DNA of 40,546 nt, from NCBI GenBank assembly GCA_965371955.1, contig CBDVAL010000003.1:1-40546 (forward strand). The letters are read 5' to 3'. Shown piece by piece: positions 36,177-40,546 of this stretch. The stretch is from an uncultured bacterium (GTDB lineage: Bacteria; Acidobacteriota; Polarisedimenticolia; CBDVAL01). The translations under genes were made by a program, and so were the position numbers. Every line of letters begins with the position of its first letter. The first letter of the stretch is position 1. The notes under the pieces are model-generated. The model worked only from the letters and a program-made list of their open reading frames with translations. It searched no databases and was not told the origin of the DNA.

Positions 36177-37330
36177 CGGCGCGACCTCCGAGCCTCCGGC
36201 GCGCCTGCGGGCCGGAGCGATGGGCAACCCGCTCCGCGAGCCGTCTCGGCCATTGCCTCCTCGAGAGCCAGGATTGCCTCGGTGGTCACCAGGACCTTGT
36301 TTCCCTCCCACCACCTTCCCGAGTCGGAGTTGACCCAGTAACCGTCCTCATGCTGGCGCCCCAGGAGGACCTGCGTCAGTTCGTCGGCCCACAGGTGAGT
36401 CTTTCCCTCCCCGTCCACGATCTCCGGCTCGCCATAGACCCGGAGCGTCTTCGCAAACGTGTGGTAGTAGTAGAAGAGTCCCTGTGCCCCCATCCCCGGG
36501 TTCTCATCGAGCGTGTAGTTCTCACGGATCCAGTCGAATGCTGCCTGGACCCTGGGGTCGTCCGATTTCAGGTGGGCGTAGATGAAGGACTTGATCCCGG
36601 CGTAGGTCATGCTCCCGTACGATTTCGTCCCGCCGGCAAACGAGTAGCCCGGGTAGTACACGAACCCGCCGTCGTTCGTGGCCCACTCCAGGCCGTTGCT
36701 CTCGGATCGGTTCTGGCACCTCTCGATGAAGCGGATCGCGTTGGTCCAGGTCGGATCGTCTCCGGGAAGATCCGTCACGTGCAGCGCCTCCAGGGCGTAC
36801 TGCAGGTTCGACAGATCGGGTCGCTCGTCGTTCCCGTAGCCGATCCCTCCGTAGAATTTGTCCTTCGGGTCGTAGCCCTCGCCCTCGTCCGTCTGGCTCA
36901 TCGTGAGAAAGTCGCGCCCCTGCCGTATCAGCGGAGCGAGCTCCGGGTTCTCGACGGAGCACAGGGCCATGACCGCGATGGCCGTGTTGTATACCGGCAG
37001 GGCCTTCTGGTAGATACCGCCGTCCGGCTTGGCCAGCCCCCCCAGGAACTGGACCGCACGTCGGATGAACGGTCCATCTTCCTCCCGGTAGGCCCTGGGG
37101 CTGTGGGCGAAGGCCGTCAGAGACAGCCCCGTGATCCCCGCGTGGTTCTCCCAGGAGCCGTTGTCCTGCTGGTGCGCGCGCAGCCACTTGAGACCGCGAT
37201 CGATGGCACGGCTGGCCTCGCCTCGAAGCCGCTCGTCCTTGATGTTCGCCCTGGCGGTCTCCGGGGAGACGGCGCCGAGCAGAGCGCCCAGCACCAGGCA
37301 CGCGCCCAAACGAAGAGTTGAGTCCCTCAT
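36173..37330 (-). CDS. Exported prenyltransferase/squalene-oxidase-repeat ((alpha/alpha)6 barrel) protein
   Basis: 3' part of ORF 36173..38155; ATG 37330 with GGAGG RBS. Signal peptide ending TARA; QW-type repeats RGLKWLRAHQQDNGSW and LLGRQHEDGYW; GGIGYG...PDLSN, DGGFVY, YGSMTYAG, YYYYHTFAK. Confidence 0.85.
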   Translation of the reverse strand: MRDSTLRLGACLVLGALLGAVSPETARANIKDERLRGEASRAIDRGLKWLRAHQQDNGSWENHAGITGLSLTAFAHSPRAYREEDGPFIRRAVQFLGGLAKPDGGIYQKALPVYNTAIAVMALCSVENPELAPLIRQGRDFLTMSQTDEGEGYDPKDKFYGGIGYGNDERPDLSNLQYALEALHVTDLPGDDPTWTNAIRFIERCQNRSESNGLEWATNDGGFVYYPGYSFAGGTKSYGSMTYAGIKSFIYAHLKSDDPRVQAAFDWIRENYTLDENPGMGAQGLFYYYHTFAKTLRVYGEPEIVDGEGKTHLWADELTQVLLGRQHEDGYWVNSDSGRWWEGNKVLVTTEAILALEEAMAETARGAGCPSLRPAGAPEARRSRR

Positions 37331-38064
37331 CGCGAAACCTCCTGTGGGAAAGCAGCAGTGCGGAACAGCCTGTGTCGCGAAGCGATGGTTCGAACCAGAG
37401 TGTGTGCGTGGCCCATGGCCAGCCCGAGAGCGATGAGCAGGGCGGTGGCCAGGAACGGGCTCGGGTAGCGGAAACGATATGCCGAGAGCGCGAGTCCCTC
37501 GTACAACGGTCCGGCCCGGACGAGGTCGTAGCCGGCGGCGCTGGAGACGGCGACGAACGGGTTGGAGGCCAGCAGCAGTTCGCCCGGCAGCATGAACGAG
37601 GGGAGCAGCGGCAGGATGTGGGAGGCCGGCAGCAGGCTCGTTCCGAAGACGAAGGCCAGGAGCACCGCCACCGCGGCGGCGGAGTCCTGCCGCCGGGACA
37701 GACGCGCGGCCATCCGAGCGATGCCCCAGGCGAGCACAGCGGTGCCGGCCACCGCCGGCTGAGCGGACGCCAGCACGAGGGGGTCGCACCCGGCGATGCC
37801 GGCGGCCGGCAGGTAGAGCAGCGGCGGTAGCGCCAGAAGGAGCCCCGCCCGTGCCCCGGGGGCGCCGGGTGGAAACACTAGTCCCATGCAGGTATAGGCC
37901 GTCAGCACGTACAGGGTCTCGAGGAGGAGCACGGCGAGACCGAGGCGGTGCGGCCCGTTCAGTCCGGCCGCCGTGTGAAACGCCAGCGGCGCCATCACGA
38001 CCACCGCCGCATGGCCGGCCAGACAGCACCCGAGCGCCGGGCGCAAGCTCCTCCTCTTGATCAC
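37327..38064 (-). CDS. Hypothetical multi-TM membrane protein
   Basis: GTG 38064 overlaps the receptor stop (GTGA); about 6 TMs; LASNPFVAVS resembles the NP motif of ABC-2-type permeases. Confidence 0.6.
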   Translation of the reverse strand: MIKRRSLRPALGCCLAGHAAVVVMAPLAFHTAAGLNGPHRLGLAVLLLETLYVLTAYTCMGLVFPPGAPGARAGLLLALPPLLYLPAAGIAGCDPLVLASAQPAVAGTAVLAWGIARMAARLSRRQDSAAAVAVLLAFVFGTSLLPASHILPLLPSFMLPGELLLASNPFVAVSSAAGYDLVRAGPLYEGLALSAYRFRYPSPFLATALLIALGLAMGHAHTLVRTIASRHRLFRTAAFPQEVSR

Positions 38065-40367
38065 CGCGCCCTCCAGTTGAATCTCCGGTGCAGGGCGAGC
38101 CGCAGACTGCGTCCAGGTCCGTTGATCCCGGAGCCATGGACGCGGTAGTCTGCATCTCCGATGTTGTACAGCACGACGCTCCCTCCCCATCCGTCCGCCC
38201 TATCGAAGCCGGCGCCGAGGCTCACCACGCCGTAGCCCGGGGTTCCGTCCTCCGGGATGCGCGTGTCGCCGATGTCGCCGGGCGAGAGACGATCCTGACG
38301 GTCGGCGAAATCGGTGGTCAGCTCGAGCCACGAGGTGCGGTTGAGCAGGTACCATCGGGCGCCCAGGCGGCCGGCCAGAGGGGGGATGCGCCGCAGCGGC
38401 TCGCCCGTGCTGGTATTCGTGCCCCGGAACGTGGCGAGGGAGAAAGACAGGGTGAAGCGCTCCACCGGCGAGGCCTGCAACTGGATCTCGGCGCCGTAGA
38501 GCTCGGCGCGCCCGGTGTTCCTGCGTTGAAAGACGTCTTCACCTTCGAGCGTCGGCAAGCCGCGGAACGTGCTGGGCACCCGCTCGATGAGATCGCTCAG
38601 GAACGAGTCGAAGATCGTGGCCGAGGCCCAGAACCGCCGGGTCAAGATCCTCAGGGAGAGCTCGTAGTTGGTGATCTTCTCCGGCGACAGATCCGTGCTC
38701 GGGACCTCGATACCGGCGTTGAACTCGCCGAACACGGTGGCGTCGTCGAGCCCGGGGGCCCGGAACCCCTCGCTGACTCCCCCGGTGAGCCTCACGTGCG
38801 GCGTCAGGCTGAGGAGGAAGTTGGCCGAGCCGGTGAGATCTTCGAAGCTTGCGTTGTAGTCGAAGTCGAGTTCCTCGAGAAAGGCATCGACGTCGAACCG
38901 GCTGTAGCGGCCGCCGAGGATGAGTTCGAGCCGCGAGCCGGCGCGGATGACCGTCTGGGTGAACAGGGCGAGGGAGCGGTAGTGCGCGCCGTCGGGGAAT
39001 CTTCCCCGGGCCGACTGCTTGACACCCGTTGAGAGATCCTCCAGAACCCTGCTGCTCGACACGGAGTCGCGGTAGACCTCGATGCCTCCCAGCCACTGCT
39101 GTCGCTTCCACTCCGACCAGTCGGCCTGGAACGTCAGGCCGTAGGTATCCACCTCGTCCCGTTCGCTCGATTCGACGGAGGAGCCCGTCCGGCGAATGGT
39201 CCTTCCCTCCGTCTGCTCCATCCACGAGACCGTCGCCTCCATGGAGGAAGCTCCCAGGAAACCCGTTGCCTCGTCCCGGTAGCGCAGGTAGCCCAGCGCC
39301 CGGGACTGCGGGTCGAACCGGAATTCCTCATTCTTGCCGGAGTCGATCCGGTCGAAACGGGGGACGTCATCCGCGTCCAGGTACTGTCCCGCCAGCGTGA
39401 GGCTCCGCAGGTCGCCGAGGTCCATCGACAGTTTCAGGTCGGCCGCCCGGCGGTTGTAGCCGGTGGGCGACTGAACCCCCGTGTCACTACCTCCCTCCAG
39501 ATCGTCATAATTGACGCCGGTGACCTGTGCCAGGACGCCGACAGGGCCGAACCTCTCGCTCACCTCCGCGGTCACCGTGGGAGCGTCGGCGGCCGTGTCG
39601 TAGCCCAGGCGCAGGCGGGCCTGTGGTGAGGCAGCGGGCGTCTTGGAGACGATGTTGATGACGCCGCCGAGGCCGTCGCTGCCGTGAAGGCTCGAGGAAG
39701 GGCCCCGGACGACCTCGATCCGTCGGACGCTGGACGGGTCGATGGTGTTCAGGTACTGGTTCGGCCCGAGCCGGAAGGTCGAGTTGTTGAGCCGCACACC
39801 GTCGACCAGGACCAGGACACGGTTTCCGATCAGGCCGCGAAGATATGGGGAGCCGCCGCCCGCGTCGGTGCGCTGCACCTGGACGCCCGGCAGCCCCTCC
39901 AGGGCCGCCGGGAGGTTCGTCAAGCCCTGCGCTTCGATATCCTGAGCCGTGACGATGGACACCGCCTGGGGCGTGTCGAACAGCTCCCGCTCCTGGCGCA
40001 GGGCGACCACGGACACGCGGTGGGCGTGGGTCAGGGCTCTCAGCCGCAGTTCCAATCGCTCATCCGTCGAGCGCGGTGCAGGGGCCCGGGCCGGCAGGAA
40101 CCCCTCACGCTCGGCTCGAACGGTGGAGCCGTCCAGCGAGAGGAATGCCTCGAGGAGGAAGCCGCCATCGTCCCTGGTCTCCACCGCCGCCAGGACGGCG
40201 CCGGAAAGGGACAGGACGGTGACGGTGGCCCCCTTGACCGGCTCGCCGCTCTCGTCCACCACGACGCCCCGGAGCGTCCCGGCGGCGTCGCCATCGGAGG
40301 CGCACAACGGTCCCGGAGCCTGAAGACAGAGTGCAATGGCGAAGAGCAAGAGAGTCTGGCGTTTCAT
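38061..40367 (-). CDS. TonB-dependent outer-membrane receptor with N-terminal carboxypeptidase-regulatory-like domain
   Basis: Signal peptide from ATG 40367; GTLRGVVVDESGEPVKGATV; plug PGVQVQRT..GGGSPYLRG...VLVDGVRLN...RIEVVRGPSSSLHGSDGLGGVINI; GFRAP; LSPEK..NYEL; NIGD..YRVHGSG...PGRS. Confidence 0.95.
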   Translation of the reverse strand: MKRQTLLLFAIALCLQAPGPLCASDGDAAGTLRGVVVDESGEPVKGATVTVLSLSGAVLAAVETRDDGGFLLEAFLSLDGSTVRAEREGFLPARAPAPRSTDERLELRLRALTHAHRVSVVALRQERELFDTPQAVSIVTAQDIEAQGLTNLPAALEGLPGVQVQRTDAGGGSPYLRGLIGNRVLVLVDGVRLNNSTFRLGPNQYLNTIDPSSVRRIEVVRGPSSSLHGSDGLGGVINIVSKTPAASPQARLRLGYDTAADAPTVTAEVSERFGPVGVLAQVTGVNYDDLEGGSDTGVQSPTGYNRRAADLKLSMDLGDLRSLTLAGQYLDADDVPRFDRIDSGKNEEFRFDPQSRALGYLRYRDEATGFLGASSMEATVSWMEQTEGRTIRRTGSSVESSERDEVDTYGLTFQADWSEWKRQQWLGGIEVYRDSVSSSRVLEDLSTGVKQSARGRFPDGAHYRSLALFTQTVIRAGSRLELILGGRYSRFDVDAFLEELDFDYNASFEDLTGSANFLLSLTPHVRLTGGVSEGFRAPGLDDATVFGEFNAGIEVPSTDLSPEKITNYELSLRILTRRFWASATIFDSFLSDLIERVPSTFRGLPTLEGEDVFQRRNTGRAELYGAEIQLQASPVERFTLSFSLATFRGTNTSTGEPLRRIPPLAGRLGARWYLLNRTSWLELTTDFADRQDRLSPGDIGDTRIPEDGTPGYGVVSLGAGFDRADGWGGSVVLYNIGDADYRVHGSGINGPGRSLRLALHRRFNWRAR

Positions 40368-40479
40368 GTACGGAGCCCCTTTTGTCCAGGCGCCACGCCC
40401 CGAATGGCGCCCACCCCGGGTGGCCATCCAGCAGGATCCGCCGGCAACACTTCCAGCAGATTTGCTGGCCCACTGAGTC

Positions 40480-40496
40480 TGTGCAGAGAGTGCACA
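40480..40496. promoter_or_regulatory. Perfect palindrome at the predicted transcription start (candidate operator)
   Basis: TGTGCA-GAGAG-TGCACA, 3 nt from the -10 box. Confidence 0.45.
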
Positions 40497-40499
40497 CAG

Positions 40500-40528
40500 C
40501 TTATAGGTCGAAAAGCCTGAACTGTCAA
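40500..40528 (-). promoter_or_regulatory. sigma70-type promoter of the 13-gene operon
   Basis: Minus strand TTGACA(40528-40523)-N17-TATAAG(40505-40500). Confidence 0.7.
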
Positions 40529-40546
40529 GGAAAAACGGGCGCCGGG

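Noticed and set aside
36173-37330. Calling this gene shc (hopanoid synthesis)
   Set aside because: Too short, single domain, has a signal peptide, lacks a catalytic DXDD, and no hpn genes are nearby.
26057-38155. Apparent giant fusions in the ORF track (26057..27868, 31102..33378, 31992..34178, 33029..34795, 36173..38155) and long antisense ORFs (28105..30279, 32079..34421)
   Set aside because: Stop-poor alternative frames typical of very high GC DNA; each real gene has a start overlapping the upstream stop.
40368-40500. Cobalamin riboswitch or Fur box upstream of the TonB receptor
   Set aside because: No GGGAA...GCCACTG/B12-box core in the leader orientation and no GATAATGAT-like palindrome.
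1-40546. CRISPR arrays, IS elements, integrases, rRNA/tRNA
   Set aside because: No regularly spaced repeats, transposase/integrase motifs or structural RNA signatures were found by eye.

Overview
GC-rich bacterial chromosomal window, read without tools; taxonomy cannot be determined here. Left half (1-20.6 kb): a MocR/PLP regulator locus (PNPOx-like FMN-binding protein and Cys/Met gamma-family PLP enzyme divergent from MocR-LysE-lipoprotein), a DUF5671-like membrane protein, a GT4-YbaK-MFS unit, a probable sigma54-dependent structured sRNA (~9371-9556, minus) with an anti-Shine-Dalgarno loop, a TAXI-TRAP transporter/PQQ-propeller/long-chain acyl-CoA ligase run, a small antitoxin-like/nucleotidyltransferase pair, oligopeptidase B and a DedA/VTT protein. 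Right half (20.7-40.5 kb) holds the most unusual feature: a complete six-gene ebo set split into two convergent halves. eboA-eboB-eboF lie on +. eboD-eboE-eboC are the last genes of an apparent 13-gene, ~16.4 kb translationally coupled minus-strand operon. That operon starts with a TonB-dependent receptor and includes an exported prenyltransferase/squalene-cyclase-repeat protein, membrane proteins and a MoxR-DUF58-BatA/vWA-vWA module. No rRNA, tRNA, CRISPR array or transposase was recognised. Several starts were re-assigned from the ORF track using RBS and stop/start overlaps.
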